A DNA stretch of 64,000 nt. Source: Motiliproteus sp. (lineage in GTDB: Bacteria > Pseudomonadota > Gammaproteobacteria > Pseudomonadales > Balneatricaceae). This document shows positions 38,123 to 52,576 of the stretch, piece after piece (position 1 is the first letter of the stretch; every line of letters begins with the position of its first letter). The stretch covers positions 10,340-74,339 of the forward strand of contig JBFGZS010000010.1 of assembly GCA_041586615.1 (NCBI GenBank), written 5' to 3'. Below the pieces are notes generated by a model. That model searched no databases and was not told where the DNA came from. It was given only the letters and a program-made list of their open reading frames with translations. The translations under genes were made by a program, and so were the position numbers.

Positions 38123-40717
38123 ATGGCAAAGGCAGCCTCCGACAGCAAACCCCACACACCAATGATGCAGCAGTATTTTCGCATCAAAGCAGAACACAAC
38201 CATGAACTGGTGTTCTATCGGATGGGCGATTTTTACGAGCTGTTCTTCGATGATGCCCGTCGTGCATCAGAACTGCTGGGGATCTCACTCACCAGCCGTG
38301 GTCACTCGGGAGGCGATCCGATCCCGATGGCGGGCATCCCCTTCCATGCCGCCGATAATTATATTGCCAAGATTGTCCGCGCCGGTCAGTCGGTGGCTAT
38401 CGCCGAACAAATTGGCGATCCGGCCACATCGAAAGGACCGGTTGAGCGTAAGGTCGTGCGGGTCGTCACGCCCGGCACACTTACCGAAGAGTCCCTGTTG
38501 GATGAAAGCCAGGACAACCTGTTGCTGGCGCTGACGCGCAGTGGCGACCGCTTTGGTATCGCGCACCTGGATCTGAGCTGCGGCCGGTTCCATATTGCTG
38601 AAGTCGAAGGCCTCGAAGCCTTACAGGGTGAACTGGCCCGGTTACGCCCTGCGGAGATCCTCTATAACGAGGAAGATGGCCTCGATGCCGCGCTGTCCTC
38701 CTCGTGCGGCGCTCGCCGCCAGCCCCCCTGGAATTTCGAACTGGAAACGGCTCGGCGCCTGCTGACCCAGCAATTCCAGACCCGCGACCTCAGCGGGTTC
38801 GGTTGCGAGGAACTGGAAACAGCACTGCGCGCCGCAGGCTGCCTGCTGAGCTACGCACGAGAAACTCAACGCACCAGTCTGCCGCATATTCGCGCGCTGC
38901 AGGTCGAAGAAAAAAATGACAGCGTGGCCATGGATTCCGCCACGCGTCGCAACCTCGAAATCGACCAAAATTTATTGGGCGGCAGCGACAACACGCTGTT
39001 TTCGGTATTGAACAAGACCGCCACCCCCATGGGAGGGCGTCTGCTGCGCCGTTGGCTGAATCGACCGTTGAGACAGATAGCCACCCTGCGCCAACGGCAG
39101 TTCAGCATCCGCTGCCTGATCGATGATTACCGCTACGAGGCGCTGACGCCCACCCTTAAACAGATCGGTGATGTCGAACGCATCCTGTCACGCATCGCGC
39201 TGCGCTCGGCGCGGCCAAGGGATATGGAGCGCCTGAAGCGCAGCCTCAGCGCACTCCCCGATCTGCAACATCAACTGCAAAACATGGAGTCACCGCTGCT
39301 GTTGCAACTGGCGACCAGTATTGCCGAGTTTCCGAGCTTAGAGACCCGCCTGCAAGCGGCCATCATCGACAACCCACCGGTTGTCATTCGCGACGGCGGC
39401 GTCATTGCAGAAGGTTATGACGACGAACTGGATGAGCTGCGCGCGCTGAGCGAAAACGCCGGTGACTACCTGATCGACCTGGAAAAGCGAGAGCGCGAAC
39501 GCAGTGGCATCCCGACACTCAAGGTCGGCTACAACCGCGTACACGGCTATTTTATCGAGATAAGCCGCAGTCAGTCGGACAAAGCGCCGACGGAGTATAT
39601 TCGCCGCCAGACCCTGAAAAACGCCGAACGTTTTATCACGCCAGAGCTAAAGACCTTCGAAGACAAGGCCCTTAGCGCCAAAAGCCGCGCACTTGCCCGC
39701 GAAAAGCAGCTGTACGATGCGCTTGTAGAGATTGTCGCTGCAGAACTGGCAGCATTGCAAGACAGTGCCGCCGCCATCGCCGAACTGGATGTGCTGCACA
39801 ACCTGGCCGAACGGGCAGACCAGCTGGATTTTTATGCACCGGAGCTTAGCGACGAACCCGGCATCGAAATCGAAGGGGGGCGCCATCCGGTTGTCGAGCA
39901 ATTACTCGACGATCCCTTTGTCGCCAACGACCTGCGCCTGAACGATGATCGGCATATGCTGATCATTACCGGTCCGAATATGGGGGGTAAATCGACCTAT
40001 ATGCGCCAAACGGCCCTCATCGTGCTCCTCGCGCATATCGGCAGTTACGTGCCCGCCAAGGTGGCTAAAATCGGCCTGGTTGATCGGCTGTTTACCCGCA
40101 TGGGCTCTTCCGACGATCTGGCCGGTGGCCGCTCCACCTTTATGGTCGAAATGACCGAAACCGCCAATATCCTGCACAACGCTACCGAGCGCAGCTTGGT
40201 CTTGATGGATGAAGTTGGCCGCGGCACCAGTACGTTCGACGGACTCTCGCTGGCCTGGTCCTGCGCGCATCATCTGGCCAGCCATAACCGCGCCTTCACC
40301 CTTTTTGCCACCCACTACTTCGAACTGACCGCGCTGCCCGACAGCACCGCCGGTGTCTCCAATATCCACCTGACCGCGACGGAACATAACGACCATATTA
40401 TTTTCCTGCACAGCGTGCACGAGGGTCCCGCCAGCCAGAGCTATGGCTTGCAGGTCGCCCAGCTCGCCGGCGTACCGCAAAGCGTTATTCAGGAGGCTCG
40501 CCAGAAACTGTCCCAGTTAGAAACCTTGCCCGAGCCCAATCCCGTCTGTGCCACTCCGCGGGAAAAAGCGCCGACGCACCCCATCCAGTCGGACCTGTTT
40601 GGTCAGCCGCCTCACCCGCTAGAGACCCAACTGGGTGAACTGGATATCGACGACATGACACCTCGCCAGGCCCAAGCCCTGCTCTATACACTGAAAACCA
40701 AGTGGGGAAGCCATTAG
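38123..40717 (+). CDS. mutS: DNA mismatch repair protein MutS
   Basis: 'TPMMQQY', '[12 protein letters not shown]', '[14 protein letters not shown]', 'DEVGRGTST', 'FATHYFELT'. Confidence 0.98.
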   Translation: MAKAASDSKPHTPMMQQYFRIKAEHNHELVFYRMGDFYELFFDDARRASELLGISLTSRGHSGGDPIPMAGIPFHAADNYIAKIVRAGQSVAIAEQIGDPATSKGPVERKVVRVVTPGTLTEESLLDESQDNLLLALTRSGDRFGIAHLDLSCGRFHIAEVEGLEALQGELARLRPAEILYNEEDGLDAALSSSCGARRQPPWNFELETARRLLTQQFQTRDLSGFGCEELETALRAAGCLLSYARETQRTSLPHIRALQVEEKNDSVAMDSATRRNLEIDQNLLGGSDNTLFSVLNKTATPMGGRLLRRWLNRPLRQIATLRQRQFSIRCLIDDYRYEALTPTLKQIGDVERILSRIALRSARPRDMERLKRSLSALPDLQHQLQNMESPLLLQLATSIAEFPSLETRLQAAIIDNPPVVIRDGGVIAEGYDDELDELRALSENAGDYLIDLEKRERERSGIPTLKVGYNRVHGYFIEISRSQSDKAPTEYIRRQTLKNAERFITPELKTFEDKALSAKSRALAREKQLYDALVEIVAAELAALQDSAAAIAELDVLHNLAERADQLDFYAPELSDEPGIEIEGGRHPVVEQLLDDPFVANDLRLNDDRHMLIITGPNMGGKSTYMRQTALIVLLAHIGSYVPAKVAKIGLVDRLFTRMGSSDDLAGGRSTFMVEMTETANILHNATERSLVLMDEVGRGTSTFDGLSLAWSCAHHLASHNRAFTLFATHYFELTALPDSTAGVSNIHLTATEHNDHIIFLHSVHEGPASQSYGLQVAQLAGVPQSVIQEARQKLSQLETLPEPNPVCATPREKAPTHPIQSDLFGQPPHPLETQLGELDIDDMTPRQAQALLYTLKTKWGSH

Positions 40718-40828
40718 CCGGGCAACCCGAAACCAAACGCGACCGCGTGATCAGCGTCCCTGCAATGTTGTAAACAATGTCTATACTGACGGGACGCTCG
40801 CCGACACCGATAAAGAGGAGCATGGCGT

Positions 40829-41152
40829 ATGACATTCGTGGTCACGGAAAACTGCATCAAGTGCAAATACACCGACTGTGTTGAAGTCTGCCCGGTGGAC
40901 TGCTTCTACGAGGGGCCAAACTTTCTGGTCATTCATCCCGACGAATGTATCGATTGCGCCCTGTGCGAGCCCGAGTGCCCGGTCGATGCCATTTTCGCCG
41001 AGGAGGATCTAGCGCCCGATCAGCAGCACTTTATGCAACTGAATGCGGAGTTGGCCGAACACTGGCCGAATATCAGTGAAAAGATCGATGCCCCCGCCGA
41101 TGCGGATGACTGGAAAGGGAAGCCGGACAAGATAAAGTTATTGGAGCGCTAG
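40829..41152 (+). CDS. fdxA: 7Fe ferredoxin
   Basis: '[26 protein letters not shown]', '[12 protein letters not shown]'. Confidence 0.95.
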   Translation: MTFVVTENCIKCKYTDCVEVCPVDCFYEGPNFLVIHPDECIDCALCEPECPVDAIFAEEDLAPDQQHFMQLNAELAEHWPNISEKIDAPADADDWKGKPDKIKLLER

Positions 41153-41408
41153 CACACGATAAAGGCTAGATATTCGTGTTTCGTCGCTCAAATTAGCGCC
41201 GAAACGGCGAAGGGCTTCGCCTGCAGACAGGCGCCCACGGGAGTGGGTCGCCCATTGCAGCAGCGTGCCTGCACGCGATATCGCGAACCCAACGGCCGCA
41301 ATCCGACACAGGTTGCTCGTCGCGTTAAGGCAAGAAAGCATGACGACCACGCAGTCATAAGGCCTGAATAGGTCCGGGCCTCATACACGGTTAAAGCCGC
41401 CCGCGCAC

Positions 41409-42407
41409 CTATTCCAGCAGATCCGAACCGCTCAAGCCGTTATTTTCAACAATTTCACGTAAGCGCCGCAGGGCTTCGACCTGAATCTGGCGCACACGTT
41501 CGCGGGTTAAGCCAATCTCGCTGCCAACTTCTTCCAGGGTGCTCATCTCATGCCCGCGCAAGCCGAAGCGACGCGCCAGCACCTCGCTGTGTTTTTCCGG
41601 CAGGGATGACAGCCACTCATCCAGACGCCCGACCAAATTGGTGTTTTGCAACCAGGTTTCAGGGTCGGTCGCTTCGGTATCGGGAATCGTTTCCAGAAGC
41701 GATTTTTCTGAATCCTGCCCCACGGGGGTATCGACCGAGCTAACTCGCTCGTTCAGACCCAGCATACGCTTGACGTTCTCTACCGGCTTGTCGAGCATCT
41801 CTGCGATCTCTTCGCAGGTCGGTTCGTGATCCAGACGGTGAGCGAGTTGACGCGCAGCGCGCAAATAAACATTCAGTTCTTTGACCACATGAATCGGTAA
41901 ACGGATAGTCCGGGTCTGGTTCATGATCGCCCGTTCGATCGTCTGGCGGATCCACCAGGTCGCATAGGTTGAAAAGCGGAAACCGCGTTCCGGGTCAAAC
42001 TTCTCGACCGCACGAATCAGACCGAGGTTACCCTCTTCAATCAGATCGAGCAGTGTCAGTCCGCGATTGATATAGCGGCGAGCGATCTTCACCACCAGTC
42101 GCAGGTTGCTTTCGATCATCCGCTTACGGGATGCTTCGTCGCCCTTCAACGCACGGCGAGAGAAATACACCTCCTCTTCGGCGCTCAGTAGCGGCGAGAA
42201 GCCTATCTCGTTCAGATAGATCTGGGTTGCATCCAGATGACGGGCTTTTAGAAGGTCTTCATGAACATCGCTACGCGCTTTGTCCATGATTGATCCTTCG
42301 CTGTCAGCCTTTCCATCATCACTGTTATACGCATTGTCTGCGTCAAGATCGTCTTTTTTGCCACTCATAATTCTCGACTTCGTTTCCTGTAATTCGAGTG
42401 TTTCCAT
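41409..42407 (-). CDS. rpoS: RNA polymerase sigma factor RpoS
   Basis: '[12 protein letters not shown]', '[16 protein letters not shown]', '[14 protein letters not shown]'; follows nlpD. Confidence 0.96.
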   Translation of the reverse strand: METLELQETKSRIMSGKKDDLDADNAYNSDDGKADSEGSIMDKARSDVHEDLLKARHLDATQIYLNEIGFSPLLSAEEEVYFSRRALKGDEASRKRMIESNLRLVVKIARRYINRGLTLLDLIEEGNLGLIRAVEKFDPERGFRFSTYATWWIRQTIERAIMNQTRTIRLPIHVVKELNVYLRAARQLAHRLDHEPTCEEIAEMLDKPVENVKRMLGLNERVSSVDTPVGQDSEKSLLETIPDTEATDPETWLQNTNLVGRLDEWLSSLPEKHSEVLARRFGLRGHEMSTLEEVGSEIGLTRERVRQIQVEALRRLREIVENNGLSGSDLLE

Positions 42408-42484
42408 ATGGCCGACACCTGGCACGCTGACCGGCCTTCAATATCCATTAAATTGCATAAGACCAATCTAAACGATTGTTATTA

Positions 42485-43579
42485 TTATCTTTTTGGTAGA
42501 TACCTCAGAGGATCCACCGGTTTTCCGTCCTTGCGAATCTCAAAATGTAACATGCTACGCGTTGTACCGCTATGACCAATTTCAGCAATCTTATCGCCGA
42601 GGGTCACGGCATCCTGCTCTTTGACCAGCAAGCGGCTATTATGCGCGTAGGCACTCAGATAGGCTTCGTTGTGGTTAATAATGATCAGCTGCCCATAACC
42701 CAAAATCCCGCTACCCACATAAACGACCTTACCATCCGCTGCGGCAAGCACCGGTTCACCACGGCGACCCGCGATGTCCAAACCGTTGGCCAATCGACCC
42801 CGAGGGCTAAAGCGCTTTAAAATTTCGCCCTTGGCGGGCCAGTTCCAGACCAGCGGCGCCTTAGACACCGATTCGGCGTTAACGGACTGTGGCCTGGGGG
42901 TGGGAGATGGGCGTGACGTCGCTATGGAGGTTGCCGGGGCCGACGCGCGCCCCCCCGTGCGCGACTGCGTCGCCGGTTCAACGGCAACCGTCTGCGTGCT
43001 ACCTCGCGTGGTTGTGGACGTTAACGCCGTCGTTGATGTTGTTGCGGTTGACGGTGTTGTCGCTGTTATCGATGCTGTCGCTGTTCTCGCTGTTGATACT
43101 GCTGTTGACGCAACTACGCCAGCGCCGCTGGCATTCGGCAATCCAGAAGCAACCTGTGCAGAAGAAGAGCGCGCATTCTGGGCTTGCGGATCAATAGCAC
43201 TCGATGCAGAAGGTGCGCGCATGACGGCTGCAGATGCCGTAGGCGACGCTTGCGGCGGGAAAAGCGTAAGGCGCTGCCCCGGATAAATAATATAATCGGC
43301 ACCGATATTGTTAAAACGTGCCAGTTCCCGGAAGTCTTTGCCATAGCGCCAAGCGATCGCATATAGCGTGTCGCCACCCACCACCCGATGCTCCTTGGCG
43401 TCAGATTCGACCACCGTGGACACGGCCAAGGCACGGGAATCGTAAGCACGCGCACCAAGTGAACGTTCACTGACCGGCGCGTAACCATTCCCACTACATC
43501 CTGCCAACAAAACCCCGTAAAACGCTACCCATAAGCAAATGACTGCTCTAGCCCGGAATTTGATCCTGATACGTTCCAT
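42485..43579 (-). CDS. nlpD: LysM/M23 lipoprotein NlpD with a long Thr/Ala/Ser linker
   Basis: Lipobox 'LLAGC', LysM 'GDTLYAIAW', M23 'YAHN', 'LHFEIR'. Confidence 0.92.
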   Translation of the reverse strand: MERIRIKFRARAVICLWVAFYGVLLAGCSGNGYAPVSERSLGARAYDSRALAVSTVVESDAKEHRVVGGDTLYAIAWRYGKDFRELARFNNIGADYIIYPGQRLTLFPPQASPTASAAVMRAPSASSAIDPQAQNARSSSAQVASGLPNASGAGVVASTAVSTARTATASITATTPSTATTSTTALTSTTTRGSTQTVAVEPATQSRTGGRASAPATSIATSRPSPTPRPQSVNAESVSKAPLVWNWPAKGEILKRFSPRGRLANGLDIAGRRGEPVLAAADGKVVYVGSGILGYGQLIIINHNEAYLSAYAHNSRLLVKEQDAVTLGDKIAEIGHSGTTRSMLHFEIRKDGKPVDPLRYLPKR

Positions 43580-43625
43580 CCGGTCCCACTCTGCCCGGAC
43601 AGCTATCATAGTCAGCCGCCCCGCG

Positions 43626-44555
43626 TTATCTATCGGAATTCATTTTCGCTTCCAGAATATACACAAGCAATCCGCCCAGCACCATTAGTGCAAGTGCGAA
43701 CAGCAACATGGGATCATGGCCGGTCAATGCCTGGTAGTCGAAAGGCAACACGTTGCCCTGCACCAGCGGTATCTGATCGCCATGACTGTTAACCCGATAT
43801 TGCGTGGTGAATTTCCACGGCCATACCTTGACCAGCGACCCCATCATAAATCCCGTCAGCAGCGACAGCGTCATGGCGCGATAATGCCGAAACAGCCAGC
43901 CAAGCAGATGGGAGAAACTCAGTAGCCCGGCAACACAGCCACCCAGAAACAGACCCAGCACCCCAATATCGAAGTTCTTGATCGCGCCCATGATCGGGCC
44001 ATACATCCCCAACAACAGCAGGATAAAACTACCGGATATCCCCGGCAAAATCATCGCGCAGATCGCAATACTGCCAGAAAGAACAATCACCAGCGGCGTC
44101 ATGGGGGCCTCAACCGGGCTCATCACACTAATGGCGGCCGCCGACACACAGCCCACCACAAGCATAAGCAGGTTTCTCTGATTCCATTCGCCAATCTGCT
44201 TCAGCATCCACAGCGTGGAACTGACAATTAATCCAAAAAAGAAGGCCCACAGCAGCGACGGGTGGTTCTGCAGCAAATAAACAGCCGCCCGTGACAGGGT
44301 GATCAGGCTGACCAGAACGCCACTGAACAACACCAACAGAAACGTGCCGTTGATTTTTTCCCAGAATGCCTTAGGTCCACCACGCAGCAACAGCATCAGG
44401 TTTGCCGGCGTGACACGGCGAATCGACTGCAGCAACTCTTCATAGATACCGGAAATAAAGGCGATCGTGCCACCGGAAACGCCCGGAACCGCATCCGCCG
44501 CCCCCATGGCGATCCCTTTCAAAAATAACATCGACCAACGACGCTTACTCTGCAT
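43626..44555 (-). CDS. DUF368 membrane protein
   Basis: 'KGIAMGAADAVPGVSGGTIA', 'AMILPGISGSF', 'WPWK'. Confidence 0.92.
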   Translation of the reverse strand: MQSKRRWSMLFLKGIAMGAADAVPGVSGGTIAFISGIYEELLQSIRRVTPANLMLLLRGGPKAFWEKINGTFLLVLFSGVLVSLITLSRAAVYLLQNHPSLLWAFFFGLIVSSTLWMLKQIGEWNQRNLLMLVVGCVSAAAISVMSPVEAPMTPLVIVLSGSIAICAMILPGISGSFILLLLGMYGPIMGAIKNFDIGVLGLFLGGCVAGLLSFSHLLGWLFRHYRAMTLSLLTGFMMGSLVKVWPWKFTTQYRVNSHGDQIPLVQGNVLPFDYQALTGHDPMLLFALALMVLGGLLVYILEAKMNSDR

Positions 44556-44574
44556 GCTTTTCTTCCCTGATTCG

Positions 44575-45240
44575 CTAGCGGATAGACCCACTGAGCATCG
44601 GTACAAATTTTACGGCTTCGAGCACCGTATCGCTGCGGCGGCCGTCGTTGTGGCGCTGCACCAGACGCAGCTGTTGGGTATTGCCGCCGACCGGTATAAT
44701 CAAGCGTCCGCCAGGGGCGAGTTGATCGTAGAGTTCAGCGGGGATCTCTTCCGGGGCCGCCGCACAGATAATGCCATCAAACGGCCCTTTTTGCGGCCAG
44801 CCAAAACCACCGTCAGCATGTTTAAACTGCACATTCAGCAAGCCCAGATTTTTCAGTCGCTGGCGGGCCTTCTCTTGCAATGGCTGAATACGCTCAACAC
44901 TGTAGGTGTAGTCAACCAGGCAGCAGAGCAACGCCGTCTGGTAACCCGAACCGGTGCCAATCTCCAACACCCGCTTCAGGGTGCCTCCAGCCAGCAACGC
45001 TTCGGTCATCCGTGCCACAATATAAGGCTGTGAAATAGTCTGGTTATAGCCGATCGGCAGCGCCGTATCTTCATAGGCACGGTGCGATAAGGCTTCATCA
45101 ATAAAGAGATGCCGAGGCACCGCGCGCATCGCCTCAAGCACACGCTGGTCCTGGATACCGGCATCGAGCAGCCGACTAATCAAGCGATCACGGGTGCGCT
45201 GCGACGTCATCCCGATTCCGCGAACATCGTTAGTATTCAA
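44575..45240 (-). CDS. pcm: Protein-L-isoaspartate O-methyltransferase
   Basis: '[11 protein letters not shown]', '[12 protein letters not shown]', '[10 protein letters not shown]'. Confidence 0.97.
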   Translation of the reverse strand: MNTNDVRGIGMTSQRTRDRLISRLLDAGIQDQRVLEAMRAVPRHLFIDEALSHRAYEDTALPIGYNQTISQPYIVARMTEALLAGGTLKRVLEIGTGSGYQTALLCCLVDYTYSVERIQPLQEKARQRLKNLGLLNVQFKHADGGFGWPQKGPFDGIICAAAPEEIPAELYDQLAPGGRLIIPVGGNTQQLRLVQRHNDGRRSDTVLEAVKFVPMLSGSIR

Positions 45241-45986
45241 TCCAAATCCTCAAGCCAAGCCCCCAGGCAGTCAAAGCCGGAGTATTGCGTCATATCAGCC
45301 TGTATGGGGGTTACAGAAACAAACCCTTCTGCAACCGCATAAAAATCGGTGCCGGGACCGTCATCTCGGGCACTGCCTGCCGCCGCAATCCAATAACGCT
45401 CTTTACCCCGCGGATCGACGCTACGGACCGGGTTCGCCGCCAGCTCACGATGGCCGAGGCGGGTAATATGGATACCCCGCAACTTATTCAGCGGCAGATC
45501 GGGGATATTCACGTTCAATACCGTGCGCGGAGACAGCTGCAGCCGATCAATCTGTTGCACCAGCTGGCGAATCACTTGCGCTGCCGTATCGAAATGACCG
45601 CCGATACCGCCGGCCAACGAAACCGCCATCGCCGGACGCTGTAGATAGCGCCCCTCCATCGCCGCGGCCACGGTGCCCGAATAGAGTACATCATCACCCA
45701 GATTGGCCCCGGTATTAATGCCGGCAATAACCATGTCCGGGCTGTGCTCAAACAGACCGGAAATACCCAGGTGCACACAGTCAGTCGGGGTTCCGTTGAC
45801 ACTGATAAAACCGTTGCTTAATCGGCTCGGTTCTAGCGGACGATCCAGTGTTAGCGAATTACTCGCCCCACTGCGATCACGATCCGGCGCGACGACGACA
45901 ATATCAGCAATCTGCCCCATCATGGCAGCCAGCGCCGCCAGCCCGGGGGCGTGTACGCCATCATCGTTGGATAGCAACAGCTTCAT
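45237..45986 (-). CDS. surE: 5'/3'-nucleotidase SurE
   Basis: 'LLSNDDG', '[10 protein letters not shown]', 'NGTPTDCV', '[11 protein letters not shown]'. Confidence 0.97.
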   Translation of the reverse strand: MKLLLSNDDGVHAPGLAALAAMMGQIADIVVVAPDRDRSGASNSLTLDRPLEPSRLSNGFISVNGTPTDCVHLGISGLFEHSPDMVIAGINTGANLGDDVLYSGTVAAAMEGRYLQRPAMAVSLAGGIGGHFDTAAQVIRQLVQQIDRLQLSPRTVLNVNIPDLPLNKLRGIHITRLGHRELAANPVRSVDPRGKERYWIAAAGSARDDGPGTDFYAVAEGFVSVTPIQADMTQYSGFDCLGAWLEDLD

Positions 45987-45997
45987 GTTTAGACCTC

Positions 45998-47095
45998 CTA
46001 GGACGCTTCAGCCGAATTCGACGCCGCGTTGGCCAACACCGCATCGCGCTGTACATCACGGTAAACACAGAGTTCGCGTACTATGCTGGTGGCAAAGGCC
46101 CCGGGAGGCAAGCTGAATTCCAGCTGCAAGCCCTCGTCAAGCCACTGCCAGCGCATATCGGTGGGAAGCAGCCTGGCGGCGCGCCGCTCTCTAACCAGGT
46201 CCAGGCGCTCCAACCCCTGAATCCAACGCGAAAACGGCGCCAAGACCTCCTCCTCCAGGGCCAGGCTATCTGCCTCGACCAACACCCTGCCGCGCCCGGG
46301 GAGCGGTGCGCTCGTATGCAGCGCACACTGATCAAGCGCGTTCTGCCACTGCAGCGGCTCACCTTCGCGAACCAGCTCGGTGCCACCGGCAATCATCAGG
46401 CGATCGCCGGCGATATACTGCTCGAGGATCCCCCGCCTTACCCGCTCCGCCACCACGAGATTAAACAGGTAGGAACGGGCCGCCGATAAGTACAACCCGC
46501 GCTTGAGCCGGTCTTTAACCCGAAGACTCCCTGTCAGGAGAGCCTCGGCCTGGGTCAGATTGCCCGCCTCGATACCAAAGCGCTGCTCGCCGTAATAGTT
46601 CGGCACACCCCGTTCTGCAACGGCCTGCAAGCGCTCATCCCGTTCCGGACTGGGCGTCAACTGTCGCAGGATCAAACAGAAACGATTGCCGCGATGGATG
46701 CCTTTCTTCAGTTTCCGGTTATGCCGGCAGACCGTTAACACCTGAACGGTCGCGCTGTTCAATGTCGACCAGTCCGGCTCCTGGGCACCGGGTAACCAGA
46801 CGCTAAACCACTGCCGAGTGATCGCATGCCGGTCCTTTAAGCCGGCATAAGCAACATCCATCGGGCGGACGCCGGCCAGTCGGGCTAGCTGCTTGGCAAT
46901 CCACGCGGTGTTTTCTCCCTGCTTTTGTAACTGCAGGTAGACATGCTCACCGCTGCCGGAAAGCTCAAATCCCAGCTCTTCATCGACCCTAAAGTCTTCG
47001 GGACGACGGCGTAATTCACCCGTGCCAGGTAGCTGCGGGTAGCGACGGGGAAAATCTAGCGAATAGGTCATAGGGCCCAGATGCTCATCAGACAA
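45998..47095 (-). CDS. truD: tRNA pseudouridine(13) synthase
   Basis: 'PEDFRVDE', '[14 protein letters not shown]', '[12 protein letters not shown]', '[10 protein letters not shown]'. Start 47095 or 47071. Confidence 0.96.
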   Translation of the reverse strand: MSDEHLGPMTYSLDFPRRYPQLPGTGELRRRPEDFRVDEELGFELSGSGEHVYLQLQKQGENTAWIAKQLARLAGVRPMDVAYAGLKDRHAITRQWFSVWLPGAQEPDWSTLNSATVQVLTVCRHNRKLKKGIHRGNRFCLILRQLTPSPERDERLQAVAERGVPNYYGEQRFGIEAGNLTQAEALLTGSLRVKDRLKRGLYLSAARSYLFNLVVAERVRRGILEQYIAGDRLMIAGGTELVREGEPLQWQNALDQCALHTSAPLPGRGRVLVEADSLALEEEVLAPFSRWIQGLERLDLVRERRAARLLPTDMRWQWLDEGLQLEFSLPPGAFATSIVRELCVYRDVQRDAVLANAASNSAEAS

Positions 47096-47269
47096 CAGCG
47101 GGAATCACGCTCTACTCGCGTAGAGTTGCGTCCCGAAACATAGAATAAACGATTCTTCGCTGACCAAAAAATCTGGCCCTTCGAATAAAACAAAAGAGGT
47201 CTATAGCGGGCTAAGACCTGATCCTACACGGATCGGATACGAACCTGCCTTAATCATTACCTGTTAGTA

Positions 47270-47545
47270 CTAGCGCGTCTCGGGCAACAGAAAAAAGGTT
47301 TCGCCACGACGGATCATTCCCAGCTCGCTGCGCGCGCGCTCTTCCAACGCCAATAACCCTTGTTTCAGATCTGCTACTTCGGCGATCAACGCCTGATTTC
47401 GAGCCTGTAGACGGGCATTATCGGCTTTTTGCTGTTTTATCTCGGCCTGCATCGCCCAAGCAGCGACAAGGCTCCCTTCGGCCAACCACAAGCGATATTG
47501 CAGCCCGCCCAGCATAAAAACCAGTAGCAACATTAACCATCTCAT
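47270..47545 (-). CDS. ftsB: Cell division protein FtsB
   Basis: 'LQYRLW..EGS', 'RNQALIAEVADLK', 'EERARSELGMI'. Confidence 0.93.
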   Translation of the reverse strand: MRWLMLLLVFMLGGLQYRLWLAEGSLVAAWAMQAEIKQQKADNARLQARNQALIAEVADLKQGLLALEERARSELGMIRRGETFFLLPETR

Positions 47546-47600
47546 CAAACAGCCTCCATCCGGCAGACCGGACAGCGCAACGATCTCTGCACGCAAACAA

Positions 47601-47706
47601 GGAGCGTCCGTCGCAGTTCACGGCAACCCTTCCCTTTCAGGCGTTGACGCACCCTCACACGGACGCTCCGGACAACCTGCTGAGCGACACTCAGGCCGCT
47701 CAGCAG
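47601..47706. other. Two perfect stems in the eno-ftsB spacer (11 bp around a 47-nt loop; 10 bp around a 10-nt loop)
   Basis: GGAGCGTCCGT/ACGGACGCTCC and CTGCTGAGCG/CGCTCAGCAG. Confidence 0.65.
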
Positions 47707-47713
47707 AGGTCTA

Positions 47714-49015
<1,302 letters not shown>

Positions 49016-49072
49016 TCACTCCAAGATTATAAAGCTATCTATTCAAAAAAATTCTGCAGCCGTCCCGCCCCA

Positions 49073-49276
49073 GATACAGCGTCAAATACAACACCTGATA
49101 CAGCACCCGATACAGCACCTGATACAACACCAGATACAGCACCCGATACAGCACCTGATACAGCACCTGATACAACACCAGATACAGCACCCGATACAGC
49201 ACCTGATACAGCACCCGATACAGCACCTGATACAACACCAGATACAACAACAGATACAACACCAGATACAACAACA
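49073..49276. repeat. 17 x 12-bp tandem array (GATACA[G/A]CACC[C/T/A]) between pyrG and eno
   Basis: Units counted at 12-bp steps from 49073 to 49265. Confidence 0.95.
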
Positions 49277-49306
49277 GCCGGCAAGCCGACTGTTGTGGGA
49301 ATAAAA

Positions 49307-51067
<1,761 letters not shown>

Positions 51068-52441
51068 TTACGCATCGCGATCTTCGCGGATCCAGGTTAG
51101 CCCGACCCCCGCGCCATCTCCCGCCGCCTGAAACCCCTCACACACCCAAAGATCGGCCACGGCCGCCAGCTCACCATTACAGTAAATCAAGGGTAGCCAG
51201 GGGCGCTCCCAAGGCGGTACACCCGCTTCCTGCAACAGTTTTTTCAATGCTTGCGAGCCCGATCGGCCTACGGGACGACAACGCTCCCCCCCTCGCCGAT
51301 AACGAACGTCCACGCGGGCATCGGCCGGCAACTGCAGCTGACCTTGACCTTGACCTTGGCCTCGATCTGTCTCGTGCTCGCGCCCGTGCTCCGCTAACAG
51401 CACCCCTCGCGGCAACGTCAGTGCGGCCTTGAGGTCCCAGGGCAACAACAGGTTTTCTTGCGGTGCGGCAGACAGATCGGAGCGCCGCACATAAAGCCGC
51501 TCCCGATACCGCACGACCTGTCTGTCTCCCAGGACCAGCACAGGCTGCGCATCGCCTCGCGCGCCAACCACCTCATCGATAATCCGCAGTAACTGCGACC
51601 GCGCCGGCATGGCAATGGCGCTGTTCGCCAGCCAATAACGCAACAGGTTGCACTGCCGCGCCAGTGATAATCCTTGCAACAACCGACAAGACAAACCCGG
51701 CCCGGCCTCCTCATCACAGGCAAGATCCTGCGCCGCAAGCGCCTGATTCAACTCATCGGCCTCCGAACACAGGTGCGCCGTGCGCTGCAGCACCTGGTCT
51801 GCCCCCTGCCAGCGTTGGCGCAGCAGGGGCAACACCTGATGACGCAGATAATTGCGATCATACCGATCACTCTGATTGGAAGGATCCTCCACCCAGCTCA
51901 GCTGCTGAAGGTCGGCATAGCGCAGAATTTGGGCGCGGCTATAAGCGAGCAGTGGCCGCAACAGACGCCCAGCGCCCAGCGCGCGGCTCACAGGCATGGC
52001 CCCCAACCCCCGCGGCCCCGCACCACGCATAAGACGCAGCAACAGGGTCTCGGCCTGATCATCGCCATGGTGCGCCATCAACAACACCTCGCCCAGTGCC
52101 AACTGCTGAGAAAACACCGCATAGCGGGCTTCGCGGGCGGCGGCTTCAACCCCGCCCCGCGCACCGACACGGACCCGCACCACCTCCAGTTCAATGTGCC
52201 ACTGTGCGCACAGCTGACGGCAATGTTCGGCCCAGCGATCCGCCTCGCAATGCAGCCCATGATGGATATGCAGGGCGCGCAACCCGTGCTGACCGAGACC
52301 CGCCGCAACCGCCAGATGCAGCAACACCACCGAATCGACACCGCCGCTAAGCGCCACGACCCAAGCATCCGCCGAGCCATCGCGACGCACTGCCTGGCGA
52401 AATAACTCAGGGGTTAACAAAGGACTGTTGGGGGCATCCAT
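51068..52441 (-). CDS. tilS: tRNA(Ile)-lysidine synthase
   Basis: 'VALSGGVDS', 'AREARY', 'AHHGDDQAET', 'DPSN', 'LKKLLQEAGVPPWER'. Confidence 0.95.
   Translation of the reverse strand: MDAPNSPLLTPELFRQAVRRDGSADAWVVALSGGVDSVVLLHLAVAAGLGQHGLRALHIHHGLHCEADRWAEHCRQLCAQWHIELEVVRVRVGARGGVEAAAREARYAVFSQQLALGEVLLMAHHGDDQAETLLLRLMRGAGPRGLGAMPVSRALGAGRLLRPLLAYSRAQILRYADLQQLSWVEDPSNQSDRYDRNYLRHQVLPLLRQRWQGADQVLQRTAHLCSEADELNQALAAQDLACDEEAGPGLSCRLLQGLSLARQCNLLRYWLANSAIAMPARSQLLRIIDEVVGARGDAQPVLVLGDRQVVRYRERLYVRRSDLSAAPQENLLLPWDLKAALTLPRGVLLAEHGREHETDRGQGQGQGQLQLPADARVDVRYRRGGERCRPVGRSGSQALKKLLQEAGVPPWERPWLPLIYCNGELAAVADLWVCEGFQAAGDGAGVGLTWIREDRDA
51339..51362. repeat. In-frame 6-bp repeat x4 in tilS encoding a (GQ)n run
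   Basis: TGACCT x3 + TGGCCT; protein reads RGQGQGQGQ. Confidence 0.8.
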
Positions 52442-52576
52442 CTCTGTGACTCGTCGTAACCGCAACCTGGGCGCAGCATGGCGCTATTTGAATAGCCTAT
52501 AATCGCATTATTGGGCAACAGGACCAATGCTGGCACGGAGATATCTCCCATTAGGCAACGTATAGCTCGCTTCTAT

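Noticed and set aside
41153-41408. RsmZ/CsrB-type sRNA between fdxA and rpoS (as in Pseudomonas)
   Set aside because: Only 1-2 GGA motifs per strand; no array of ANGGA hairpin loops.
42850-43250. Low-complexity repeat region in nlpD as a novel domain
   Set aside because: It is the usual Ser/Thr/Ala-rich linker between LysM and M23, only long.
47201-47257. 18-codon mini-ORF MIKAGSYPIRVGSGLSPL as an ispF remnant
   Set aside because: 'IRVGSG' resembles the IspF start only over 6 residues and the RBS spacing is poor; not significant.
49073-49276. CRISPR array
   Set aside because: Units are 12 bp and contiguous, with no unique spacers, no leader and no cas genes.
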